From the NCBI GenBank assembly GCA_002633005.1, contig NMRA01000511.1, positions 249,155-313,154 on the forward strand: 64,000 nt of DNA, written 5' to 3'. This stretch comes from Phoronis australis. Lineage: Eukaryota; Animalia; Phoronida. The translations under genes were made by a program, and so were the position numbers. A model generated the notes under the pieces. It saw only the letters and a program-made list of their open reading frames with translations. It was not told the origin of the DNA and made no database searches. The number at the start of each line of letters is the position of its first letter. Within the stretch, counting starts at the first letter, position 1. This document shows, one piece after another, positions 13,701-28,000 of this stretch.

Positions 13701-16700
13701 ATAACTTTTGAACTCACCCATTTGACTAACCCGTAGGCTTTTAAATTTGCACAGCAATAGATCAAAGCTTGTTCATACGGATCAGGTCGCAAACTTTTGT
13801 CCGACAGGTCAGAGACGAGTGGGCACACGACCAGTCAGAAAAAATGGCTGTCAGACTCTAATTTCTAGCAGGTGGACTGTTAACTGCACAACCATCTGCA
13901 GCTGAGACCTTGTGTTCAGCTCAGGCTCTTGAATATTACCTTTAGAAACATTCTTGTCATGTTAAGTCTGTCTTTGTGATGACCTTTAATTTGACTGAAA
14001 TATTAAAATTTGCTGTTCAAAAAGTGGTTTTTAAATAGGTATCTCTGTGGCGATGTTTTCTCATTCGGCTGTCCAACCCAAGTTGACAAGTGAACGATCG
14101 ATTGTTGACTTGTTGCCGCCTGGCCACAGGAAATTACCCGACCAGTGCTGTAGGAGGTCAATTTGCTATTCTGGGTGGCCTCGGGGAAACACCAAAGTAT
14201 TGGACCTTACTCAACTTACCACTGTTCATAGATGTCTGTTGAAAATATTCTACAACTTAGGTAATAATGTTGTGTAGCGCTGTGTTCCGATCAATATCAA
14301 AAGTGATACACTGTCGCACTTTTCAGGACACACTCTGTACTGGTGTGATTCTGTAACGCACCGCATCGAGTCGTACAATGTGGCACTTTCCAAAAGAAGC
14401 GTTGTTGCAGACTTCAAGTCACTGAACAAGACAATTAATATGTGTCAACAGATTGCTGTTGATAATGAGTCGATATATTACATCAGCAAGGAGAACAAGT
14501 AAGTCTATCTTTTCAAGGCCCGGGAGTACAGTACCTTTCACGGATATTCAATTGAGCGGACAGCTGTTTGACATCTGGATGGCAGCGAGGGGGTGGGGGG
14601 CGATGGTCCTTGCTGACCGGCAATTGACCACATGACATTTGATAAACATAAAATTTGATTGTTCATGCCGAGGAAATGGCCAGTTTTCATGTTGAGTCAT
14701 GCGCAAAATGTGTGTGTGTGTGTGCGTGTGCGTGTTTACATGCGCTTGTGTCTGGTTGTTTAAGTGGAGGAGTAAATGCAAGCAGGTTAGCATGCAACAA
14801 TAACAATTCAACTGTGAAACTTCTGCATTTCGTTCGATTGCATTGGGGTGGTCACGAAATGTGTCTCATTTTTATGATATAATAAGTAAAACACTGTTTT
14901 TTCTTCTAACTTTGCCATTCTAATGAAGGCAAAATGTGCTCCAGCTGCAAGCCCTTGGTCCTCCCTCACTTCCTCCCTTCGCGTTAACGTCCCTCCCTCC
15001 CTCATTCCATAGAGCCATGTTTTGTACTCACATGAATTTTGCGATCATTGTAAATGGTCTTTCTTTTGTTTACGATGATTAGAAGGGAAAGACCCTTTAA
15101 AAGTTGTCCATGGACACCATTTGTCCATGCTTTCATATTTTGAGTAAAAGGCTTTCCACTTTGTAACTGGTCCTCACCGATGTGTGTGACTCTTTTCAGC
15201 CACATAATGTACGTGAACAAAATGAATGCGTCTGTCATGGGTCAGCTTGATGATGTGACAACCTTCGGCAAACTTGAAGGCCTGACATTGTGCAAGGATG
15301 ACATGTTATATAAAGGTAATTTATCTCATGTATAGCTGAACTGTTCTGGTTCGTGAGGTATCCACTTAACCTTCGCTAGATGGTGAACCAAAGACTCTGA
15401 ATCATTAAGACGTGTGTAACGAGTGAATAATCCCAAGGATTAATGTTGAGGTGCTATTCGGGATGTTAATTTGTATTCAATGTGAAATGAAGGCTTTCGA
15501 TATTAATTAATAGACAAATGCATCAAAGGACTGTGTTTACCTGGTTTCCTGTACCTTGAAAATAAAGTAGGGATTAACCAAAATGAAATTAGGAAGTCTA
15601 TCGAGTTATACGCAATTTTCATCTTTTAAGGGTGTGACGTAGTTCAAACACTTTGGTGACACGCCAGTCTATCTCTGTAAAACATGCTTTACACCTGGCA
15701 ACACTGATGCCAGACTGCTAGATGTTCCCTTGGCTTTGCATTACCTATATCACGATTTTTTCTTGAAAATTTCTGACAAACTCATTTTGATGTAGAATAG
15801 TACAAATGCCTGGTTACCTCTCGATGACATCACGAGATTGGATCAGCATAAAATAACACAACTATCTGAACAGCTAAAATAAATTTTGATAACGTTGCTA
15901 TAGTGACAACATCTTTCCTCGTTCTATTAGGTGCGTCTTCCAAGTAAGACGATTTACGTGCTGTTGTCAGGTTTACCATGAAAATGGAACGGATCCTATT
16001 TGAAAAGTGAACCCAGTCAGCAGTTAGTAGTTATTAGGTCGACCAATTTAATGCAACTTTATTTGTTAGCCTATTTTTCTTCTATAATTTATCCTGGTTT
16101 TATATTTGTTAATAATATGGATAACAGCAGTGAGTGAAGATATCGCGTGCTCACTGTGACTCTTCGTCTGCAGGTCCCACGCAGTGTGACAAGAACAATG
16201 GGGATTGTCAGTTTATTTGTTTGCCAGTTGGACAGAAGGACGTGAAATGTCAGTGCTTAGAGGGACACAGACTATTGCAGGATGCTAAGAACTGTACAAA
16301 AGGTAAGGGGTATGTTTGTCAATGACTAACAAGGGTACAATATGATGGAGGACACGATAGCTAGTGAGTAACAAGGATGCAATATGTAGGGAGGTATGTA
16401 TAGCATTGCCTAACAAGTTTGCATTTGGCGTGAGTGTATGTACGGTAGTAAATAACAAGGGATAATAGATTGGGATATGTGTGTTAATGATTGATTGTGC
16501 TAATGATTAACAGGGGGTTGATTGTTTAATGGCTAACAAATTGCAAAATGTAGGGGGTGTTTTTCGTACCGACTAACACACCATCAGTAGGTAGGGTTAT
16601 GTGTGGTAATAAGCAATTAGGGTAAAATAGGTAGGACGATAATGTCTATGGAGTGATTGAAAAATAAAGACAGTGAGTCAGGAGGGAAAGGGCTAAGGAA

Positions 16701-19700
16701 GGAGAGGAAAGAAGAGAGAGAGAGAGAGCGAGCGAGCGAGAGAGAGAGAGAGAGAGGGAGAGAGAGAGGGGGGGGACAGAGAGAAAGATGGAGGGAGAGG
16801 GAGTGGAGAGGAGGGAGAGAGAGGGGAGAGGTGGGAGAGAGAGACAGGGAGAGAGAGAGAGGGAGATGGAGAGAGGGAGCTCTACAACGAATGTAGAACA
16901 AGACATGGTGCCAGAGTAATTGAATTGAACTTTTAAGCGTCACAAACTCCTCAGGTCGCTGACTTTATTCGACTTACTACTTGTAACCCGTATAAACGTT
17001 TTTTTCGAAACCTCAGTCGATAATCAAAATGGCGCCACCAAAAAGTGTTGCATCACTGTCAATGGACTGGCGCTTACCTGATGCCCAGCAGGCTTTCAAC
17101 ATTTTTCAAAATTTCTGCTCTATTTCTTGTGTCCCCTAAATTCAAACTCAGGGACCAATAGAGTGTGATAACTTATTTTCTGGGCTGGAAAAGAGGCCAG
17201 AGAAATCATTTCTTGCTGGAGCACGAGTGAGATTGATAGCAAAAAGTTAGAAGCCTTCTGGTCAAATTCTGAGCCGTACATGTATGTAGCACCCAGAAAG
17301 AATTTCAGAATCACAAGATACTAACTACGATTGCTCCAAAAAGGCAACGGAATTATCGACTCATTTGTTAATTCGCCTGGCTATCAGTGACCGTAACTAT
17401 GATAGTACGCTTTAACAGTCTAAGTCAATAGCATTCGTAAACAGACTTTTTGAACAGAGTAACCCGACTCTTGATCGCACCCTCGACTTTAAGCGTGCCG
17501 TTAAAGCTGCGAAAGCACACACAAATGATATTCGTAGTACCACTGCCAAAGTTTATGTTGTGTCAACAAAACACATGTCACAGTGCACTTTCTGTAGTCT
17601 GACCCATGTCCTGGACAGGACTAAGTGCCCAGCATTTGACTCTATCTGCGCCAGTTGTGGAAAGCAAAATCACTGGTAAGCCAGTTATCGTTCAGGTAAG
17701 CCGAAACCATCATCATCTAAAAGCATATTGCAATCCCGTCAGGAGCCAGCAAAACTTCAAACGCTAACACGCGCACCATATCGAAGTTGATAGAAAGAGC
17801 CCTCAAGAGGCTGATTTGGAGTCAGAGAACAATAGTCGGTCTGCCCAGTCATTGTATTTTGACATACTGTACCTCGAATGTGAAGGAACCTCGGAAAAGC
17901 AAAGCTAAATTGCTGCGTGTAAAATGGACTGTGGTGCAGAGGGGAACATTTTGCCTGTAAATGTGTATGCGAAATTCAAGTCGCAGCTGAGGCTGTGCCT
18001 GACTACCACCACTATCAAAGCCTATGGGGGAACCACCATTCCTCATCCGAGCACATGTACTTAATTATTCGAAATTGACCCGTCACATTATATGATACTT
18101 GCTCTCCCTTCCAATAAGAAACTGGTTCTACTCTAGATGCATGTCTACAACATTGAACTGTAAATTGGTCTTAAAGGACTTTCCCGCTTGCTTTGACGGA
18201 GTAGGCTGCATGCAAGGTGAACACAAGCTCATTATCGGTTCAACTGTATCTTATATTGTGCATCCACCACGCGGAGTCACGGAAGACTCAAAGATAAGCT
18301 CAAAACCAAGCTTCCTTCTTAGTGGTTCCAAGGAATTATAGCCGGGTCGGACAAATCCTTCGACTGGGTTAACTCTCGTCTGCGCGTTAAAAAGTCTAAT
18401 GGTCAGGTTAGAAGATGTTTCGACCCAAAGGACCTGAACGTTGCGATAAAGCGACCACATTCCTAAACACTGACTGTGGATGATACCTTACCGAAACTGA
18501 GTGGAACAAAATGATTCTCGGTCATCCACACCTGAAGTGGTTACTAAAACATGATACTGCACCCTGAGAGTTCACATTATACCGATTTTAACTGGCCATC
18601 CGGTCGTCACATGCTCAAGCGTTTGCCGTTTGATCTTAAATGGAAGTATGATCTCCCTCCAGCGCAAAATATACGAGAGTTTCTGAGATCTCATAGGTGC
18701 AACGATGTAATTGTATTTGGCGTTCGCGTCAGTGACAGTAGTGACGATGCCGGGTCAGTGAAACAGGTATGAAATTCAATTCACATAAACGTTGCATTCC
18801 ATGCACCGGGACACCCATCTTTGGCCGTATTATTGGCAGAGAAAGACTCCGACCAGAAACACAGGTGTGATGAACAGCATAAATCTATCAAAATCTCTGA
18901 CTGACCTTCAAACCTTCCTTGCCAAGACAGAGCAAGTTGAGTGCAACAGGTTGCCCTTCCACGGAACTGCCGACTAATCAAAGACAGTACTGGAACTGAT
19001 TCCTCTACAACATCTGATTCGAACCCTGTACTTTGACGCTCTCAGAGTACGATTTCGAAACCTGATCGATTAATGGACTTGTGACTAAGTGTGGATTATT
19101 CTACTACAGTGTAGGCACCAATTATACCAGTCGTAATGTATCCTTTTGTGTTAACGTTCTGTAGAACATGTATAACCTTCTAATCTGTATAAAGAGAGGA
19201 ATGTTGCAGATTGTACTTAAGTAACATTTTATTCTATATGCACACACGTATAGGGCTCCATCTTTCGTAAAAATTAGTACTTGACGTTCAGACTATGTCG
19301 GGCGTCATTTCTCAAGTTCTACAAATGAATGTGGAATATAAAGGGGCAACGTGCGGGGAGGGAGGTCGTGAATGGATAAAGGAATTAAGGGAAGCATGAG
19401 GGAGCAAAGGGATGGAGGGATGGTATGAAGGGGCAACGGAGGGAAGAATGGAATGAGGGTGCAGAGAAGAATGGAGCAGAATGAGATAGGACTGGGGAAA
19501 TAGAAACTTGCGAAAAGTAGGAGGAACTGTAATTTTCATGCTCGCACCCAGCCTTCAATATGGGGAGCTCGAATTTTTGAGGTTGTTGACCTTTTGGTAA
19601 CAAAAAAGCGGGTGGACTAAAATAGAAAACGGGGGCACCACTGTGAATTGCGCGATTGTGCTTATTTAGAGGACTTTTGTCCGATTTTCTCGGACTTTTG

Positions 19701-22700
19701 TTTCTCAGAGGCGGAACATTTTGCCCACTTTGCCAAATGGAGGGGCTCCTTTGAGCCTCCGAGCACCCTCCCCCTGTGTGCGCGCATGATTTTGGAGGTT
19801 GACTTAGCAGATAGTGGGGGATGTAGATGGACGGCCTATCAGTATTTTTTACCATCATTAAGGGTCATTATCACTGTCGCACCTAGGACCCTGTCACTCC
19901 AAGGGCACTGTCACACCAAGGGGCTAGTCACACCATGGAACATGCCACTAGAAGGTTTTTGTCACACCGGGGGCACTGTCGCAGCAAGGAATTTGTCACA
20001 CCTAGGGGTCTGTCAAACCAAAGGCACTGTCACAACATTGTGCCTATTTCGCAAAAGGCCATGTCACTCCAAAGGCCCTGTGACACCAGGGGCTCTGTCA
20101 CACCAAAGGGTCTGTCAAACTAAGGAGTTTCTCATACCAAAGTGCTTTTACGCAAAGAACATAGCACACTAACGGATTGTCAAACCAGGGGCCCTGTAAC
20201 ACCAACGGCTTGTCGCACCACGGCTTGCCACACCAAAGGGCTTTGTCACTAGATATTCAATATTATGAATAGAAACCTCGTTGAACGTTGTCCCATTTGG
20301 TAGACCAGTGTATGGCCAAAATTGCTCTTTTTCACTCATTCCCAACATGTTTCACCAAGTTGTATTGATGGGTTGAGCTTGCTGGTGCGGCAGGGACTTA
20401 TAAGTAAGTGTAAAGGAAATTATGGTGATAAGCATAATGCTGGTAATTTAATCATTTGTTTCATGATAGGTCGCTACAACCATGGTACCAGTCTACTGTA
20501 CAATATGTACACATCAAGCGCCACCCGTATCAGCGGTATCGAGCTTCACCCCGACAAGTGGTTTGACGCCCCGTACGTGCCAAAACCATTTTACATGTAC
20601 AAATTTGGAATGAATCTTTATGACATGGACCTCTACTATGCAAAGAAGAGCATAGTAGCGTTTGACCGTTCTGCGAAGCGTATTCTGTCCCTATCCATGG
20701 ATGGAACAGAGAAGGTCTACACCATTTATGAGGGTGGGATATTTTGTTCCTTTGACTGCAGCTGATAAATAACGCGACAGTCACCGTAGTTTCTGTTATA
20801 CAGCTTGATGGACGTACGTTTGCTCATACTCTGTGCTGTTTGCTATTTTCTCGTGTGAATATGTAAAGCAAATTGTCAAGGGAATTTTCAACAACGTAAT
20901 ATGTATTGGAAGTTTGATGCTCAACTGCACGCGGGAATTCGTACAGAGAGTATGAGCAAGTTTATAACAAAAAGTTCAATAAAAAGTACTGTGGTATTTT
21001 CAATCAAGTTTGGATTAAAGTAATGCTCTTACCAAAATATGTTTATCAATGACTATAAATTGTTTTGATAGAAGATTTTATGGATAAAGTCTTTATGTTA
21101 CTTACTTTGGATTGCCCTGTGGTACTTACCTACAGAGCCATTTTTGTCAAGTGCGAGTATGGTGTCACTGCATATACTGTTGTGCAGGTTGTTGTATAAA
21201 ACTATTGCATTACTTGTGGTCATTGTATCACTTGTTACTTTTGCATCACCTGTTGCTTTATTATCTTTTAAGTGTCACTTACATAGAGAATTCTGATGTG
21301 AATGGATTTTCGAAAGTGCATCACTATTCATTTGTGTCCAGCACAGTACATACTAGGTAGTGTAGCGTAAGTGGAGAGATGCTTGTCAAATCCATAACCA
21401 ATTCAGTCATGCTTGACGTGACTTCTCATTCTCTTCTATAGGTACATCCAATGAAGTCCACGGTGTTGCTGTCGACTGGGTGCATGGAAATGTCTATTGG
21501 ACGGACACCGCTTACAACTGGATCATGATGGCGAAACTTGAGCCTGACACCAAGTTTTACCGAGCTGTAATAGACACTAACCTGGAGAAACCCTGGGGAA
21601 TTGCAGTGCATCCTTTGATGGGGTAGGTGCCGGTGGCTTTTGGGGTGGGGGCCGGCTGACAGGTTCTCTCCTTCCCAGCCACGACTAAAGTGGACTCTCA
21701 CTTGGTTTCTCAGGCTATCACAACGTTTTTTCCTTGGATCATGTGGTACTGTTATTCTCCCTACACGCACGGTCTGCCTGTGAGTTGACCTCCCTTGCGA
21801 CATCCAATATCTGGAACTAAACAACAAATGCATGCTTTTCGAATCACACGGCTGTAACCCCAATTGACAGAGTTCCTTGACATATAAAGACAACTCGCAG
21901 ACCTTATCATTTGTCGAGCATGTTCCTATTAATTTGACAGCTGTTTGACGAACGTCTCTACGGCTGCACCTCAAGTGGATATCTCATCTGTGACATAACG
22001 TTTCTTTGAAGTTCCTTGACAAATTTCCGTGAAAATTTGCAATACGTTTTCTACCGAGACGTTGGCGCTTTCCTGTTGTTTCTAAACTTTGGACTAGTTC
22101 GACATATTTTGCGCCATCTAGTGGCCACATTGACAATAATAATAAATACCTTTAGAAGACTACCATTTGTGGTGAAGCCATGGACACAGTTCAAAATTCT
22201 CTTTGATGTTGCTATTAACTCAGCTGTCACTATCTTTGGTAAAGGCAAAGGTCAGCACATGAAAAAGCAAATTTTTCACGTGATAACTTTTGTCGTTTAG
22301 TTGTTTTGATCGATCGGTAATTCAGGAATTATAATTATCCTTTAAGACAAACGATAATTATTTGGTGACAATTTTTTAGAGTTTGCCTTAAGTTGCTTTA
22401 TGGATGATTTTGCATACAATGACGTGTAATCTATTCAAAGGTTAATTTTTGCTCAGGAATATGGCAAGGGATGGAAAGTTACTGTTATGTTGTGGGTTCA
22501 GTATCCTGCGCTTTGTTCTGGTGCATGCTTGCTCCATGAATTGAACTGTGTGACATATCTCCACTTTTTGTCAGGTATATTTTCTGGGCTGACAACATAA
22601 ACAGTGGTGATCTCTACAAATCCCGTAAAATCGAGCGCTCAGGCCTGGATGGAAGCGAGCGTGTTGCCATCGTGACATCATCGCTTTACAGTCCTCAGGC

Positions 22701-24749
22701 CTTGACCATCGATTACGAAGGCAACAGGTAAGCTGGTCTAGATAGACCTAGCAATGAGGTGATACTCAGTATTGCCCATTCTTAAAAGTGAAAGAAGTTT
22801 GTGATACTAACAGCGACTGATTAAATGCCTATCCTGAACGGCAACAGTTCTTAATTTGGATCCTGCAGTATACTAAAAGCACCGCTCTGAGCTCACTAGC
22901 TCCTTAAATTGTCAAATATTATATTTGTCTTATATTGTCAATGTATAACGAACTGTTAGGCGTATAGGTTTGATTTTGTCTACGTTACCGCGAGAATAAC
23001 CTTTTAATAGCTCACTTGGGAGTTTCTCGTTAGTCAATGTGACGTCACCGGAAAAGGGGCAAAACCCGTCATATTGCTCTTGTCTGGCCCCGAGTCTTTG
23101 CTACACACGCTAAATTTTACTGGAGTTCTTACGGTGAATTTTACACTTAAAACGTTAACACAACTTAAAATATGGTAGATGGATTGTGGAATAACTGTGA
23201 ATGGACGAAGAAAATGTGAACTTGTTATGTTGTGCGAAGCTGTGAACGGGCTGAAATTGGAACTCAACCCGGTATAGGCCTGAATGCAGGCACACAGGGG
23301 CGATAATTTATCCCCATAAAAAGTTACTCACTTCAAAATACAGCAAATAAAATCATGCGAAATAGGCATACTCGCACATGGAGTTATAATTAATTAACAC
23401 ACACCCTGACTCTGGATACAATTTAGTCTACAAGTAACTTGAACCTATCCATGAAAACCTCGCGGTTCTGCTCAAGTTTCTCTCACAGGGCGCCATTTTG
23501 AGGAAGTTACGTGAAATCACGAACAATAAGTCCAAGGAACACAAATCTTACAAATTCACTTGATATGTTCTCATGTTATTTTGCAAGTGTCACGCGCCAA
23601 GTCTCGCGCTTCACTCAGTCTCGCGCTAGCCTTTGCCTCATACTCACCTGACCAGTTGAACTACTTTGTAGTCTTAAGTTAACAGTAACCACAATGTGGA
23701 GTTGGAATTCTTCGCCAAAGTCACCTGAATTCCCGTAGCTATGCTTCATCGAAGATATGTTTAGAAGCAGAGAGGACCACTGGAGAAAGTAAGCGCCTTT
23801 TTATGTGACAATTTTAGATGTAGAATGTATTTTTGACGTGGTGAAAACATACATGTAATCAGTGAGCGGATTTTGCCTACCGCCCGTTTAAAATACACGA
23901 AACGAAGTTAGTACAAAACGCGATAGAACGTATTGTATTGCGAATCTGAATTTCATTTGCCATAACAGCAATGTTTGTTTGTCATGTTTCGAACTAAACG
24001 GCCAAAAAGTGGAAGAAAATAACAGAATACACTCTGGTTACGTATTGGGCAAATGAGCCAAACGACAAGCTTTTGCCCCACTTCCCGTGACGTCACAGTT
24101 AAGTCTCACGTAATCTCGCGTTATTGTTATAAACTCGCAAAAGGACTATTCAATCAGCTGCGAATAACACCCGCACACAATGGTGTTCTATTCAGACCCC
24201 TATTCAATATAACTGTTGTCGACCTTTTGTGGTTTGTGCACTGATCTTGCGGTGACGCAATAAGACGCGAAAATGCAACTCCAGGTATCGTTTCAGTGAC
24301 GGGCCTACATTTTGTGATTGAACTTGCGTTTTCTTAGTTTACTAAGGCTTCGCTAGGAGTACCTGGTTAGCCCAGTACATGTAAAATAACAAAATTCCGT
24401 TGAAATCACGCTTTAAACATAATTTTTAAGTACAGTATTTGTTATATTTATTCTTAAATTAAAATTCCCATTTCCCCCATCCTGATTTTGCCGCAAGATA
24501 TGCTGTGACCACAGTGTGTCTAGTACTAAATTGACTAAGTGTAATTTCCAAGATAAGTACTTTTAAAACAATACGTTGGGATATGGTTACGAAGTCATGG
24601 CACGAAAGGCGCTGGGTCAACACTTGAACGTCCTACCTACCTCTCATTTTCGTATTCAGAAATAGCATCAATGATTATGTTGTCATTCCCATCCTGGAGG
24701 AAGAAGAACGTTGAAGAAAGAGGAAAGAGTTGAGGAAAGAGGTTAATCG

Positions 24750-24825
<76 letters not shown>

Positions 24826-24993
24826 AGGTAGGNNNNNNNNNNNNNNNNNNNNNNNNNNNNNNNNNNNNNNNNNNNNNNNNNNNNNNNNNNNNNNNNNNNN
24901 NNNNNNNNNNNNNNNNNNNNNNNNNNNNNNNNNNNNNNNNNNNNNNNNNNNNNNNNNNNNNNNNNNNNNNNNNNNNNNNNNNNNNGAGAGAGG

Positions 24994-25063
<70 letters not shown>

Positions 25064-28000
25064 TTAATTAACGCACTGAACCCTTTTCAGGGTCTGCTTC
25101 ACAAACGTGGGGATGGTACAGTGTGTTAACTACACAGGCGGCGAGAGGACTACGATCCTCCGTCTGAGCTCATACGGCGCACACTTCACGGGCATGACGA
25201 TCTATCACGTAAGTCTTACACTCATTAACGTCACAAATGGCTTTAATGAGATAAATACTGAGGAGACATTGTGCCTAAGTGGTTTGTGCTCCGGACTCCC
25301 GTTTGGGAGACCCGATTTCGAATCCAGGCGTGAGTTCAGTAGACGCGAGGACCTACGCTAGGACCTAGCTGAAACCTAGTCAAAGTCACGTGCTCACATT
25401 TAAAATGCACGGCAATATCTCACGTAATCTCGCCAAGTATTGCTTTTTAGCGAGGTCCTAGCGTTACTAAACGGGAGGCAGGCTTTCCTGGCAGACAATT
25501 GAGCATTCCAGAAAAATGTTTCCTCCTCCTAAGTGCTCTGTTTTACTAGTGAAGGTATGAAAAGGTATGAGTGAAAACCTGGATTTAATGCTCATTCAAT
25601 GTTCTTTTGTGTTCTTTCAGCCTGTCACAGAGACGTCTCTGTTTGAGTCCAATATAGAATTTCTTACAGTTGTCACATTTAACCTGATACACACCATTCT
25701 CCGTTTTTTAATCTCATATAGCCAAAATGATGTACTTAATGGATGTAATGCAACATCGATTTCTGTCTCTGCGCTGGCATAGCTACATGTAGATAGGTAG
25801 AAGAGAATAACTGCTCGGTTAGTATCACCCATCACTTGTAGAATCCGAGCTCGGGGGAACTTTTGTTAGCGATCTGCTAGCTTTGTTCAAATCAGACCCA
25901 AGTGGCAGATCAAGTCCTCGATGACTTTTTTGGAGCTGCACAACTAGTTGTGTTCCGTGCCAATTCTCAAATTTAATGTTTCTGCAATGAATGCTTTCCA
26001 TGCATCCTTTTCTAACATAAATTTTGTGAAACAAAGTTTGGCACTCGTGTAGCAAGAAAGACATACCATTGGTGGCCATAAAAACCACATCCTCAATGGT
26101 AGGGATTATGGTGATACAGAGTACAGCAGAGAAGTAACCACTATACTATTTCTCTATCATAACGTGTGATTCTTTTTGGTTGGTAATAGATATTTTGGTG
26201 GCGAAACTGTAGTTAAAAATGGCTTAGCCACCATACTAGCTTCCTGTACATTCAGCCATGAGGGAAGATTAGTTTGACAAAAATTTTGGCTTCCTTCCAG
26301 TCGTCATATTTTTTAATGTATTTTCGTGTACTTTACCTAGAGCTGCAAAGTCATGCAGTCTCGTGAAATAAACTAACAAACCCGAAACAATGTCTGCCCC
26401 CATCGTGTGCACGAACCTGGAAATTTCTGCAATCTGCATGTATGCTCCAGAGCTACTAGACCTTGAAAAAGATTGGCGTTCGCTCCTTTTTGGGAAAAAT
26501 CTTTGGACTTATTTTTGCTAGGCCTTGTGTTGTGACCCTTTATCAACTCAGTGACGATCATGAATTTCCGTTTCTGAAATCAAAAAACCATGAGACATTT
26601 ATATTAGCCATGTTAAATGATTGTGTGCAATTTAGAAATAAGAAACATCTGATAAAATTGTATTAAGTAACAAATAATGCAAGATCTTAGTGTTAAAACA
26701 CTGGAAAACTGCTGGGTAGCTAACAAGATGATAACTTTCAGGGCTACGTGTTCATCGCGGACTATAGGTCATCCGTCAGGTTCAGCCCACGGATCATATT
26801 TTGGCGACTTCGAGATAGGACGGGCTTCTTACTTTCAACCACATACAAACCCCACGGTATTGTCATGTACGCCGACGACCGTCAGCCGAAGTACCATACT
26901 GGTAGGCACTGTAATGGAGTAGACACGAAGCCAACACGCTCACTTTTAGTAACGTTCATTTATCTAAAACTGTGTACAGTGTATTGAGGGCAAACGTAAG
27001 ATCTAAGCAGGTGGTTTGGTACATGTTGTGCACCAGGCGTTCATAAGACACACTGTTGGACCCATTGCAGTAATCACTTGGGCATGAGACTCAATGATAC
27101 CCCTGAGCAAGAGGTTTCTCTAGAGTAAAATCTTCTTATTTTCCCGTCACTTTCCGGAAATTATCAACTTAGAGTATCATCGGACAATGCCAAGCACACA
27201 GGTGTCGCAACGCTGAAAAGGTGGGTCTATAACCCATAGCCTCTCTGTGGTGAACCGCCCATAGACCATAGGGGGCACAGCACTGAAAATAAAAGGGCTA
27301 TAGCCCCCAGCCCCCCTCCCCTCCCATGGTGCGCCACACATAAACCAGGTAAGTTATATTTCCTTGTATCAAAAGATTGCGAAGGCTATGATGACTAGCG
27401 GGTAATTTTTTTACGAAATGTTGGGGAATTCCAGCTAGCATGTGACACATTGGGCCTTTTGAACAGGTCACTTGACCTGTTAATATTCGATGCAGTGCTC
27501 AGTAATAACTTGGATCACCGTCCGAATAGAGAGCCTGTCTAAGTAAAACAGTCTTTAGGAACTCGTTGGCTCAATAGAATTTGGAAAGTGAGTGTTGTTT
27601 GTCTGAAGGTGAGGCCTATCAATGCCTACCGATATACGGCAAATGCTGTTATAGGTCCGTGGAAGGTTCCCTGCCCCCATGACATTAAAACCTTAGTTGG
27701 GGTCCGTATCAGCTTCTGGCGTCCACTCTTCGGAGTCTGAAAACTGCCACAGCTGATGCGCTGCATTCATTTTAGGCAGGTCGATTTAACGTAGCATGGG
27801 TGTCTACTTGAGAGCATGAGCCCCCTTTGACAAAATACATTGATCTCTCACTCGCTGACAGGAGGCAACCCCGTCTTTTTCAGTAACAAAAACGGATAAA
27901 TATTTTTAGCAGCCTCAGCATTAATTTTTTCTTATAAAGGGACCGTAGTTTAGACCTTGGGATGGCCGGCGACCATAGGGATTAGGAGCTTTGTTGCCCT

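Noticed and set aside
16617-16943. Leu/Ser- and Arg/Glu-rich ORFs
   Set aside because: These are translations of the GA microsatellite.
19872-20250. Regular short repeats that could suggest a CRISPR array; 174-aa ORF 19648-20172
   Set aside because: The units are adjacent degenerate 17-mers with no unique spacers, in a eukaryotic intron with no cas genes; the ORF is a by-product of the repeat.
21426-21974. 182-aa minus-strand ORF
   Set aside because: It is the antisense shadow of exon 9 plus intron, with no domain features.
23000-24417. Kolobok-like end (...GAAATCACGCT|TTAA) and TGACGTCAC motifs
   Set aside because: I could not identify the matching left terminus or any coding relic.
24833-24985. 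Assembly gap possibly hiding an exon
   Set aside because: Exons 10 and 11 join in phase and read continuously (IDYEGNR-VCFTN), and the gap sits within a GA repeat.
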